From Candidatus Latescibacterota bacterium (GTDB lineage Bacteria > Latescibacterota > UBA2968 > UBA8231), in NCBI GenBank assembly GCA_965217585.1, contig OZ244561.1:1856001-1920000 (forward strand): a stretch of 64,000 nucleotides of DNA, written 5' to 3'. Positions 39,150 through 47,856 of this stretch are shown one piece after another; within the stretch, counting starts at the first letter, position 1, and the number at the start of each line of letters is the position of its first letter. The position numbers and the translations under genes are program-made. The notes under the pieces were generated by a model. That model worked only from the letters and a program-made list of their open reading frames with translations. It had not been told where the DNA came from and did no database searches.

Positions 39150-39415
39150 TCCCATGGCTAATAAAATGACACTGGAGCAATTGTCGTCACAAGTAACCGA
39201 CAAAAAAACTGGTGAGGAGACGGCGGCTGAGGTGCTGCAACCAAAGGGGTTGTGAGAGGCGGTCGGGAGGATATACGAGTGATCTTGGAGTTGGATGACG
39301 AAGGCATCCACGTGATCTGTCCTAGAAGAGACATATCATGCTTAATTGACAAAAACTGAAACGACGCAGAACATCATTGCTCACATAAAACCATTCAAAA
39401 AGGAGCTGTTCGGCC

Positions 39416-40465
39416 ATGAGCAGATATTGGCTACACAGAATTTCTCATTGTCAAGAGACATCTCGGCCTCTTTTGGAGAAAGGCTTTTTGACCATCGGCT
39501 TTTCTGACTTCAGAAACCCCGAGTTTTTGAGTTACGGATGGAACGATTTTAACGAAGAATTCCAAAGACAATGGGGTTCCTTGCCAAACAATAGATTTTT
39601 CCTTTGGCGGTTTCTACATGAAATGAGCAACGACGACTTCGTCCTAGTCCCTGGGTACAGGACCTATTCGGTCTATGAGATCGAGGGCTGTGCGAAACCG
39701 ATCGGTGAAATTCCTATCTCTGATCTCAGAACATGGACTGGCGACATCGTAGAGAAGAGGGAAGGTCTTCTCTACGCACAAGGCCAACTCATTGACCTCG
39801 GTTTCTTTAGAAGAGTCAAATTGCACCGCATAGGGGGCGAAAACGGGCTGGAAGCCAAAGATATCAACAGATATGAATATGCCGACAACGCCTTGACCAA
39901 ACGCCTGAGATTCTTTGGAGCAACTTTAGATATATCCGACCTAGAAAACAGTATCAGGAGATCGTTGGCCCATTACCAAGATCAGAAACCTCTGAATCTC
40001 CATTCTCGGATAGTGGAAGAGATGACGGAGGGAATATTGGACCTGATTTGTGAAGAATTGACGCCTGACAAATTCGAGTCGCTGATTAAGTGGTATTTCA
40101 GGAGAATCGGAGCCAGCGAAATATATATCCCACCAAGAAACGAATCTGACAACGCAGGCGATGCGGACGTCATTGCAACTTTTGAGCCGATCAAAACGAT
40201 CATTTATGTTCAGGCCAAGTTCCACGAGCCGGATAGTGAGACGGATGAATGGGCTGTGGAGCAAATAAGAGAATACGTGGATTATAGAGATACAGAAGAC
40301 GATGGGTATTCCAAGATTTCTTGGGTCGTTTCGACATGCGACGGCTTTACCGAGCGTTGCCAGAATATGGCCAACTTGCACGGCGTTACTTTGATTAATG
40401 GCCAAGAGTTTGCACGTATGCTGATCCATGCTGGAATCGAAGGTCTCGATACGGCGTTCGACTGA
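39416..40465 (+). CDS. Mrr-like (type IV) restriction endonuclease
   Basis: C-terminal Mrr_cat: FESLIKWYF, GDADVIA, YVQAKFH, TLINGQE. Confidence 0.8.
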   Translation: MSRYWLHRISHCQETSRPLLEKGFLTIGFSDFRNPEFLSYGWNDFNEEFQRQWGSLPNNRFFLWRFLHEMSNDDFVLVPGYRTYSVYEIEGCAKPIGEIPISDLRTWTGDIVEKREGLLYAQGQLIDLGFFRRVKLHRIGGENGLEAKDINRYEYADNALTKRLRFFGATLDISDLENSIRRSLAHYQDQKPLNLHSRIVEEMTEGILDLICEELTPDKFESLIKWYFRRIGASEIYIPPRNESDNAGDADVIATFEPIKTIIYVQAKFHEPDSETDEWAVEQIREYVDYRDTEDDGYSKISWVVSTCDGFTERCQNMANLHGVTLINGQEFARMLIHAGIEGLDTAFD

Positions 40466-40679
40466 TAGTGGTGGACTCTACGACGTATCCTTTGTGGACA
40501 TCATGGAGAAGAAGTCCCTGCCGATCGCATATACATATAGACGTTTCAGTGGGGCGTCGCGACATGTCCGCCAAAAAAACTTCGACGCCGTAGCTTCGAC
40601 GAGTACCGCCTCTCGTTACTCGCCCCATCAACACCTGTCTCCTGCAAGCACGTCCGAAGCACCCTCCACCACCGATCTC

Positions 40680-40760
40680 TCCCGGCAAATCCCCGACCGT
40701 CCAGCGCCTGTCCCATAGCCCCGCCGCAAGTGCAGTCACGCAGACGATTTTGACGAAAAA
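40680..40760 (-). mobile_element. Degenerate IS1-family transposase C-terminal remnant
   Basis: FVKI..VTALAAGLWDRRWTVGDL resembles NF.RIH..LRVTPAMAAGLTD..WT..DL. Confidence 0.35.
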
Positions 40761-40904
40761 TGATCCTTTTACAAAAAAACTACCTGCGACACGATCTGTC
40801 GCACCTCTCAGGTAAGTTTCCTTTTACCACAATCAGAAGGGTGCCGGGCCATGCCTCCATCTCACAGATTCCACCACACTCTTCTGCCGAGGATCACCTA
40901 GCGC

Positions 40905-40973
40905 ATGTCGCCGGACAATACCTTGGCTTCTGGCTCGGCGGTGATAGCACCTGTTGCGCTGCCGCCGCCGAGC
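40905..40973. repeat. Hairpin repeat, copy 1 of 3
   Basis: GCTCGGCGGTGATAGCAC-CTGTT-GCGCTGCCGCCGCCGAGC; related to 41345-41390 and 43085-43147. Confidence 0.65.
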
Positions 40974-40990
40974 ACTTCTGACGGGAGAGA

Positions 40991-41251
40991 CTATTGGGAA
41001 AGCGTCTGTAGTTCCTCGCGGATCACTTTGCGCAAGGTTTCCTCTAAGACAGAATCCTGAACTTGGATATATCGACGCAATGCCTCGTTAATCAAGGTCT
41101 GGTAATTGCCTCCGCCGGCCTCGTGTACCTGGTTCCTAAACCAGTTCAACACATCGTTGTCCAAGCGTATCGTGATGCGCGTCTTATTGGGAGCAGCCGG
41201 AACGAGTGCTCCTCGGTTGGCCTGAGTAAAATCAAATTCTTCCTTGCTCAT
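40991..41251 (-). CDS. BrnA-family antitoxin (orphan)
   Basis: EFDF...KTRITIRLDNDVLNWFR...GNYQTLINEALR. Confidence 0.88.
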   Translation of the reverse strand: MSKEEFDFTQANRGALVPAAPNKTRITIRLDNDVLNWFRNQVHEAGGGNYQTLINEALRRYIQVQDSVLEETLRKVIREELQTLSQ

Positions 41252-41279
41252 AGTGTCTCCTTTCACGCGGCGTGGCTTC
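41232..41279 (-). pseudogene. BrnT toxin C-terminal stub
   Basis: EATPRERRHYEQGRI* overlapping the brnA start matches the BrnT ARKAT..E...Y terminus. Confidence 0.65.
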
Positions 41280-41344
41280 AATATATGCACAAATGATGCA
41301 CAATCAAGGTGCTTACCCTGCAACCTTTGAGCCGTAAGACCCCT

Positions 41345-41390
41345 GCCTCCCGGCTCGGCACAATAGTGCCTGTTGCGCTGTCGCCGAGCA
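41345..41390. repeat. Hairpin repeat, copy 2
   Basis: GCTCGGCACAATAGTGC-CTGTT-GCGCTGTCGCCGAGC. Confidence 0.6.
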
Positions 41391-41506
41391 TCAACAAAGC
41401 GCATCGCATTTCTTTGCAAGGGTTGGCCCTGTATCCTATCTTGTCGGCTATAGGCCCCAGATGTTCCCGGCACTCTACCCGTTGGCCGGGATGTGGAGTA
41501 AGACCC

Positions 41507-43084
41507 ATGCTAAAGATGGAACCCGAAGCGGGACAGACGGCCAAGCGCAAACTGCCCATCGGCATTCAGACCTTTCGCCAGATTCGCGAAGAACCCTACT
41601 ACTATGTCGATAAGACCGCCTACATAAGGCGGTTGGTCGCCGAGGGCAAGCACTACTTCCTGTCGCGCCCACGTCGCTTTGGCAAGAGCCTGTTTCTCGA
41701 TACGCTCAAGGAACTGTTCGAGGGCAACGAGCCGCTGTTTAAGGGGCTGGCCATTCACGACCAGTGGGATTGGTCGGTGCGCCATCCGGTGCTGCGGCTG
41801 AGCTTTGGCAGCGGCAACTTCAAGGAACCGGGCTTCCTGCACGAGAACTCGATGGAACAGCTAACCGCCATTGAACGCCGGGCAGGAGTGGTTGCCGAGT
41901 CCGGCACAGCACCGGGGCGGTTCGCCCACTTGCTAGAGACACTGCACGACGAGGCCGGCCAGCCAGTGGCGGTGCTGATTGACGAGTACGACAAGCCCAT
42001 TCTCGACGCACTGGAGGAACCAGAGATCGCCCGCGCCAACCGCGACTACTTGCGCGGCTTGTACGCGACGATCAAGGACAGCGACGCGCACATCGCGTTC
42101 TCCTTCCTCACCGGGGTAAGCAAGTTCTCCAAGGTCAGCCTGTTCTCCGGCCTCAACAACCTCATCGACATCACCCTAAACCCGCACTACTCCGCCATTT
42201 GCGGCTACACCGAGGCGGACTTGGACGCGGTGTTCGGACCGGAACTCCCCGGCTTGGACCGCAATGAAATACGCACGTGGTACAACGGCTACAACTGGCT
42301 GGGCGAGGAAGCCGTGTACAACCCCTTCGACGTGTTGTTGCTGTTCTACAACCGCCGGTTCGCCGCCTACTGGTTTGAGACAGGTACGCCGACGTTTCTG
42401 CTCGAGATGTTGGTGGCGCGGGGGATCAGTTCCCTGTCCTTGGACGACATGCCCAGCAGCGACGCGTTGTTGTCGGCCTTTGACGTGGATCACATTGCGA
42501 CCGAGGCACTGCTGTTCCAGACCGGCTACCTAACCATTCGCCGCACCGAGCTGCGCGGCGGGGAGCTATACTACCGGCTGGGCTACCCGAACCGGGAGGT
42601 GCAGCAGAGCCTGAACAAGAGCCTGCTGAACCACCTGACGGGCAACATCTCGCGTCAGGTCGAGCACAGTGCCCGGCTGTACGATCTGCTGCTGGTCAAC
42701 GACTTCGATAGCTTGAAAACGCTATTCGAGGCGTTCTTTGCCAGCATCCCCTACCAATGGCATACCAACAACGAGATTGCCAACTACGAGGGCTATTACG
42801 CCAACGTGTTCTACTCCTACTTCGCGTCGCTGGGGCTGGCGATCACAGTAGAGGACAGCAGCCAAGCGGGTCGCCTCGACATGGCGCTCCTGTTCAATGG
42901 GAATGTGTACCTGTTTGAGTTCAAGGTGGTGGAACGGGTGTCGGCGGGGGCGGCGATCAAGCAGCTAAAGGAGAGAGACTACGCAGCCAAGTATCGCGGA
43001 CGAGGCGAGCCGATTTACCTGATAGGAGTGGAGTTCAGCCGAGAGACCCGCGCCTTGGCGGGTTTTGAAGTGGAGCGCGTGTAA
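41507..43084 (+). CDS. AAA-ATPase-like + PD-(D/E)XK nuclease protein, copy 1
   Basis: KLPIGIQTF, YYVDKT, SRPRRFGKS, LIDEYDKP, WYNGY, YPNREV, GRLDM...FEFK. Confidence 0.92.
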   Translation: MLKMEPEAGQTAKRKLPIGIQTFRQIREEPYYYVDKTAYIRRLVAEGKHYFLSRPRRFGKSLFLDTLKELFEGNEPLFKGLAIHDQWDWSVRHPVLRLSFGSGNFKEPGFLHENSMEQLTAIERRAGVVAESGTAPGRFAHLLETLHDEAGQPVAVLIDEYDKPILDALEEPEIARANRDYLRGLYATIKDSDAHIAFSFLTGVSKFSKVSLFSGLNNLIDITLNPHYSAICGYTEADLDAVFGPELPGLDRNEIRTWYNGYNWLGEEAVYNPFDVLLLFYNRRFAAYWFETGTPTFLLEMLVARGISSLSLDDMPSSDALLSAFDVDHIATEALLFQTGYLTIRRTELRGGELYYRLGYPNREVQQSLNKSLLNHLTGNISRQVEHSARLYDLLLVNDFDSLKTLFEAFFASIPYQWHTNNEIANYEGYYANVFYSYFASLGLAITVEDSSQAGRLDMALLFNGNVYLFEFKVVERVSAGAAIKQLKERDYAAKYRGRGEPIYLIGVEFSRETRALAGFEVERV

Positions 43085-43147
43085 ATGTCGCCGGACAACA
43101 CCTCGGCTCCCGGCTCGGCTTCTATAGCACCTATTACGCCGCCGAGC
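43085..43147. repeat. Hairpin repeat, copy 3
   Basis: ATGTCGCCGGACAAC...GGCTCGGC...GCCGAGC, similar to 40905-40973. Confidence 0.6.
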
Positions 43148-43259
43148 CCCTCATTCGCATCAACGTCCAAGGCATCGCATTTCTTTGCACGAGTTGGCCC
43201 TGTATCCTATTTTGTCGGCTGTAGGTCCCATACTTCCCCGGTACTCTAGAGTAAGCCCC

Positions 43260-44825
43260 ATGCTAAAGATGGAACCCGAAGCGGGACAGACTGCTAGGCG
43301 CAAACTGCCCATCGGCATCCAGACCTTTCGCCAGATTCGCGAAGAACCCTACTACTATGTCGATAAGACCGCCTACATAAGGCGGCTGGTCGCCGAGGGC
43401 AAACACTATTTCCTATCGCGCCCACGTCGCTTTGGCAAGAGCCTGTTTCTCGATACGCTCAAGGAACTGTTCGAGGGCAACGAGCCTTTGTTTAAGGGGC
43501 TGGCCATCCACGACCAGTGGGATTGGTCGGTGTGCCATCCCGTGCTGCGGCTGAGCTTTGGCAGCGGCAATTTCAAGGAGCCGGGCAATCTGCACAAGGA
43601 GACGATGGCCCAATTGGACGCCATAGAGAAGGTTGACGGCTGCGACACTGCACCGGCTTACTTCCGGCATTTGCTGCGGACGCTGCATCAACGGACCGGC
43701 CAGCCGGTGGCGGTGCTAATTGACGAGTACGATAAGCCCATTCTAGACGCGCTGGAGGTGCCAGAAGTCGCCCGGGCCAACCGCGACTACTTGCGCGGCT
43801 TGTACGCGACGATCAAGGACAGCGACGCACACATCGCGTTCTCCTTCCTCACCGGGGTTAGCAAGTTCTCCAAGGTCAGCTTGTTCTCCGGCCTCAACAA
43901 TCTCAAGGACATTACCTTAGACCCACGCTATTCTGCCATTTGCGGCTATACCGAGGCGGACTTGGACGCGGTGTTCGCCCCAGAACTGCCCGGCTTGGAC
44001 CGAGAGGAAATCCGGCGCTGGTACAACGGCTACAACTGGCTGGGCGAGGAACAGGTGTACAACCCCTTCGACATCCTCCTGTTCTTCGACCGCCGTCAGT
44101 TCGGTGCCTATTGGTTCGAGACGGGTACGCCGACGTTTCTGCTCGAGATGTTGTTGGAGCGCGGGGTCAGTTCCTTGGCCTTGGACGACATGCTCGGCAG
44201 TGAGGAGTTGCTGTCGGCGTTTGACGTGGATCACATTGCGACCGAGGCCCTGCTGTTCCAGACCGGCTACCTAACCATTCGCCGCACTGAGTCGCGCGGC
44301 GGGGAGCTATACTACCGGCTGGGCTACCCGAACCGGGAGGTGCAGCAGAGCCTGAACAAGAGCCTGCTGAATCACCTGACGGGCAACCCCTCGCGCCAGG
44401 TCGAGCACAACGCCCGGCTGTACGACCTGCTGCTGGTCAACGATTTCGACGGCTTGAAAACGCTGTTCGAGGCGTTCTTTGCCAGCATTCCGTATCAGTG
44501 GCACACGAACAACGAGATTGCCAACTACGAGGGCTATTACGCCAGCGTGTTTTACTCGTACTTCGCGTCGCTGGGGCTGACGATCACGGTGGAGGACAGC
44601 AGCCAAGCGGGTCGCCTCGATATGGCGGTCCTGTTCAATGGGAATGTGTACCTGTTTGAGTTCAAGGTGGTGGAACGGGCGTCGGAGGGGGCGGCGATCA
44701 GGCAGTTGAAAGAGAGAGACTACGCAGCCAAGTATCGCGGACGAGGCGAGCCGATTTACCTGATCGGAGTGGAGTTTAGTCGGAAGACGCGCACCTTGGC
44801 GGCTTTTGAAGTGGAGCGTATGTGA
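43260..44825 (+). CDS. AAA-ATPase-like + PD-(D/E)XK nuclease protein, copy 2 (tandem duplicate)
   Basis: Same motifs; long near-identical nucleotide stretches with copy 1. Confidence 0.92.
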   Translation: MLKMEPEAGQTARRKLPIGIQTFRQIREEPYYYVDKTAYIRRLVAEGKHYFLSRPRRFGKSLFLDTLKELFEGNEPLFKGLAIHDQWDWSVCHPVLRLSFGSGNFKEPGNLHKETMAQLDAIEKVDGCDTAPAYFRHLLRTLHQRTGQPVAVLIDEYDKPILDALEVPEVARANRDYLRGLYATIKDSDAHIAFSFLTGVSKFSKVSLFSGLNNLKDITLDPRYSAICGYTEADLDAVFAPELPGLDREEIRRWYNGYNWLGEEQVYNPFDILLFFDRRQFGAYWFETGTPTFLLEMLLERGVSSLALDDMLGSEELLSAFDVDHIATEALLFQTGYLTIRRTESRGGELYYRLGYPNREVQQSLNKSLLNHLTGNPSRQVEHNARLYDLLLVNDFDGLKTLFEAFFASIPYQWHTNNEIANYEGYYASVFYSYFASLGLTITVEDSSQAGRLDMAVLFNGNVYLFEFKVVERASEGAAIRQLKERDYAAKYRGRGEPIYLIGVEFSRKTRTLAAFEVERM

Positions 44826-44827
44826 AT

Positions 44828-45841
44828 ATGTCCAGCACACCTGCCATCCAAACCACAACCGTCGGCTCCTATCCCGTCCCAGACTGGCTCCAAGCCCTGC
44901 CCTCCGAGCAGGCCCTCGTCGATGCCACCCGCGTAGTGTTCGACACCCAGCGCCAAGCCGGCATCGACCTGCCCACCGACGGCGAGCTGTACCGCTTCGA
45001 CATCAACCACCCGGACACCAACGGCATGATCGAGTACTTCGTCCGGCCCATGGGCGGCACCCGCGCAGAATTTGGCCGCCGCGAGGCCGAGGAGTTTGCC
45101 GCCAAACAAAGCATGGGCTTCCGGGCCAAGCCCGCGGCCGTGGTGGAAGCCGAACTCGGCGCGGGCAGCCTCGACCTGTTCGCCGACTGCGCCCGCGCCG
45201 CCGCCGTGGCCGGCGGCCCCTTCAAGTTCACCCTGACCAGTCCCTACATGCTGGCCCGCACCCTCCTCGATCACCACTACGGCGACTTTGCCGCGCTCTT
45301 GATGGGTGTTGCCCACGTCCTCGCCGACCAAGTCCGCGGCCTACCCTGCTCCTGCATCCAGATCGACGAGGCCAACATCCCCGGCAACCCAGCCGACGGC
45401 CCCCTCGCGGCCCGCGCCATCAATGCCGTACTCGACAGCATCGACGCGGGCACCCAAAAGGCCGTCCACTTCTGCTTTGGCAACTACGGAGGCCAGACCA
45501 TCCAGCAGGGCGAATGGCGCGCCCTGCTCGGCTTTCTCAACGAACTGCGTGCCGATCACTTGGTGCTTGAGCTCGCCCACCGCCCGGCGAGCGACCTGAG
45601 CGCCCTGCGACAAATCGACCCGCACATCGGCCTCGGCCTCGGCGTGATCGACATCAAGGTCAACCACATCGAGACGGCCGAAGAGATCGCCCGCCGCATA
45701 GAAGCCGCTGCTGCCGCCGCTGGACCCGACCGCATCCGCTTCGTCCACCCAGACTGCGGCTTTTGGATGCTCAAACGCTCCATCGCCGACCGCAAAATCA
45801 CGGCACTGGCCGAAGGACGCGATCTGTACTTGGGGCTTTAG
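44828..45841 (+). CDS. Cobalamin-independent methionine synthase II-like (MetE core) protein
   Basis: TTTVGSYPVP, TDGE, IQIDE, HFCFGNY, HPDCGF zinc ligands. Confidence 0.85.
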   Translation: MSSTPAIQTTTVGSYPVPDWLQALPSEQALVDATRVVFDTQRQAGIDLPTDGELYRFDINHPDTNGMIEYFVRPMGGTRAEFGRREAEEFAAKQSMGFRAKPAAVVEAELGAGSLDLFADCARAAAVAGGPFKFTLTSPYMLARTLLDHHYGDFAALLMGVAHVLADQVRGLPCSCIQIDEANIPGNPADGPLAARAINAVLDSIDAGTQKAVHFCFGNYGGQTIQQGEWRALLGFLNELRADHLVLELAHRPASDLSALRQIDPHIGLGLGVIDIKVNHIETAEEIARRIEAAAAAAGPDRIRFVHPDCGFWMLKRSIADRKITALAEGRDLYLGL

Positions 45842-45933
45842 AAGCTGCGGCCTAGTTAACGCTCGGCGCTGACTAAGGGCAGATGGGCCTCCCCATCCGA
45901 GGGCACAGCCCGCCTTTGGCTTGCTTGCAACCG

Positions 45934-47751
45934 ATGATGCAAAAAATAGCCTTCATTTTTTGCATGGCCTGGAGCCTGCCAGCCTGCGATTTAGGCTCTA
46001 ATACAGTGCAATTCGCGGATGTCACGGCCCAATCCGGGATTTCCTTTACCCATACCAATGGTTCTGCCGGGGAGTATTTTCTGATAGAAACGACCGGAGC
46101 GGGCGGGGCCTTCTTCGACTATGACAACGATGGCGACTTGGATGTTTACTTGGTGGATGGATTCGATCTGCAAGGCATCCGCTCGGTTCCCATCAATCTC
46201 GTGTACCAGCAGGGCGATCACTACTGGGTGAGGAAGCCGAACCAAGACGGGGGCGCGCGTTCAAGGGACGCGGCAAATTACGCGGTCGATCTTGCGCCTT
46301 GGCCCGACTCCGCCGGCGTCCCGCCCCGTAATGTGCTGTACCGGAACAATGGGGACGGCACCTTTACTGATACCGGCCAAAAGTCCAAGACGGGCGATAC
46401 GGGCTATGGCATGGGATGCGCGATAGCCGACTACGACAACGACGGCGATCAGGATCTCTACGTGACCAACTACGGGCCGAATGTGCTATACCAGAACAAT
46501 GGGGACGGCACTTTTGCCGATGGTACGGAGCGGGCGGCTGTGGGCGCATCCCAGTGGAGTACGAGCGCTGCTTTCCTAGACTACGACAACGACGGGGAGC
46601 TAGATCTCTACGTGGCTAACTACGTGGATTTCACTGTCGAGACCAACAAGGTATGCGGCGGATATGCGAGGACGAATTCCCAAGGCTACCGGGCCATCGT
46701 CGAGGCTACCCGTTCGTATTGCGCACCTCTGGAGTACAGAGGGGTGCCGGATGTACTGTATCACAACAACGGGGATGGGACCTTTGCCGATGTCTCGGTC
46801 GCGGCCGGGATCAATGATCCATCCGGCAAGGGGTTGGGCGTGGTCGCCTTGGACTACGATAGTGACGGAGATCAGGATTTGTTTGTCGCCAACGATGGGA
46901 CGCCGAACTTTCTCTACCAGAACCTAGGGGACGGAAGGTTTGCAAACGCGGCCTTAACAAAAGGTGTGGCCCACAACGGGGCCGGCGAGTCAGAGGCCGG
47001 CATGGGGGTGGATTTTGGGGATTACGACAACGACGGCGATTTTGATCTTTTTGTCGCCAATTTCTCTTACGAGACCAATACCCTCTACCGCAATGAGGGG
47101 GTTTTCTTCAAGGACGTGACGGCCGCGGTCGGGCTGGCCGAGCCGAGCCACCGCTTCCTCGGCTTTGGGACGAACTTCCTGGACTACGACAACGACGGCG
47201 ACCTCGACCTGTACGTGGCCAACGGGCATGTGCTGGACAAGATCGCCCTGTTCCAGTCGGGGGTCGAGTACATGCAGGAACACCAACTCTTCCGCAACGA
47301 CGGCGATGGGAGTTATACGGAAACCTCTTCGATCTCGGGCGAGTGGTTTTTGCACAAGCAGATCAGCCGTGGTGCCGCCTTCGGAGATTACGACGGAGAC
47401 GGGGATGTGGATGTCCTAGTGACCAACTGCGGTGGGGAAGCCAAACTGGTCCGCAACGACGGCGGCAGTCGAGAGAATTGGCTGATGGTGCGAACCGTGG
47501 GAACCCAGAGCAACAGGGACGGGATAGGAGCTAGGGTGCGGGTGGTAGCGGAGGGGCTGGAACAGATCCGTCAGGTGCGGAGCGGTTCCAGCTACCTGAC
47601 GGCGAGCGACCCACGGCTCCACTTTGGTTTGGAATCTAGGACCAAGGTCGATCTAGTAGAAGTGAGATGGCCCAGTGGTCTGGTGCAGCGATTAGAACAG
47701 GTCCCAATAAATGAAGTGTTAATCATCGAGGAAAAGGTCGCTTCGGAATAA
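45934..47751 (+). CDS. CRTAC1-family FG-GAP/ASPIC-UnbV lipoprotein
   Basis: LPAC lipobox; DYDNDGD repeats; SNRDGIGARV, LHFGL, VRWPSG. Confidence 0.9.
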   Translation: MMQKIAFIFCMAWSLPACDLGSNTVQFADVTAQSGISFTHTNGSAGEYFLIETTGAGGAFFDYDNDGDLDVYLVDGFDLQGIRSVPINLVYQQGDHYWVRKPNQDGGARSRDAANYAVDLAPWPDSAGVPPRNVLYRNNGDGTFTDTGQKSKTGDTGYGMGCAIADYDNDGDQDLYVTNYGPNVLYQNNGDGTFADGTERAAVGASQWSTSAAFLDYDNDGELDLYVANYVDFTVETNKVCGGYARTNSQGYRAIVEATRSYCAPLEYRGVPDVLYHNNGDGTFADVSVAAGINDPSGKGLGVVALDYDSDGDQDLFVANDGTPNFLYQNLGDGRFANAALTKGVAHNGAGESEAGMGVDFGDYDNDGDFDLFVANFSYETNTLYRNEGVFFKDVTAAVGLAEPSHRFLGFGTNFLDYDNDGDLDLYVANGHVLDKIALFQSGVEYMQEHQLFRNDGDGSYTETSSISGEWFLHKQISRGAAFGDYDGDGDVDVLVTNCGGEAKLVRNDGGSRENWLMVRTVGTQSNRDGIGARVRVVAEGLEQIRQVRSGSSYLTASDPRLHFGLESRTKVDLVEVRWPSGLVQRLEQVPINEVLIIEEKVASE

Positions 47752-47856
47752 GGTTAGTACTTCAATACACGACACCAAATTTACGTTGCCGCATAGCCCG
47801 GCGTTAGGTTTATTGGTGTTGCAAAAATTTCCTCGCTGATTGCGCCCAAACGACCT

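Noticed and set aside
39154-39255. Short ORF MANKMTLEQLSS...
   Set aside because: 33 codons with no recognisable homology; cannot be supported
41507-44825. Diversity-generating retroelement TR/VR pair
   Set aside because: Differences are not adenine-specific, whole genes are duplicated and no reverse transcriptase is present
46118-47410. Recurrent GACTACGACAACGACGGCGA-like repeats as a CRISPR array
   Set aside because: In-frame DYDNDGD FG-GAP repeats with irregular spacing; no cas genes
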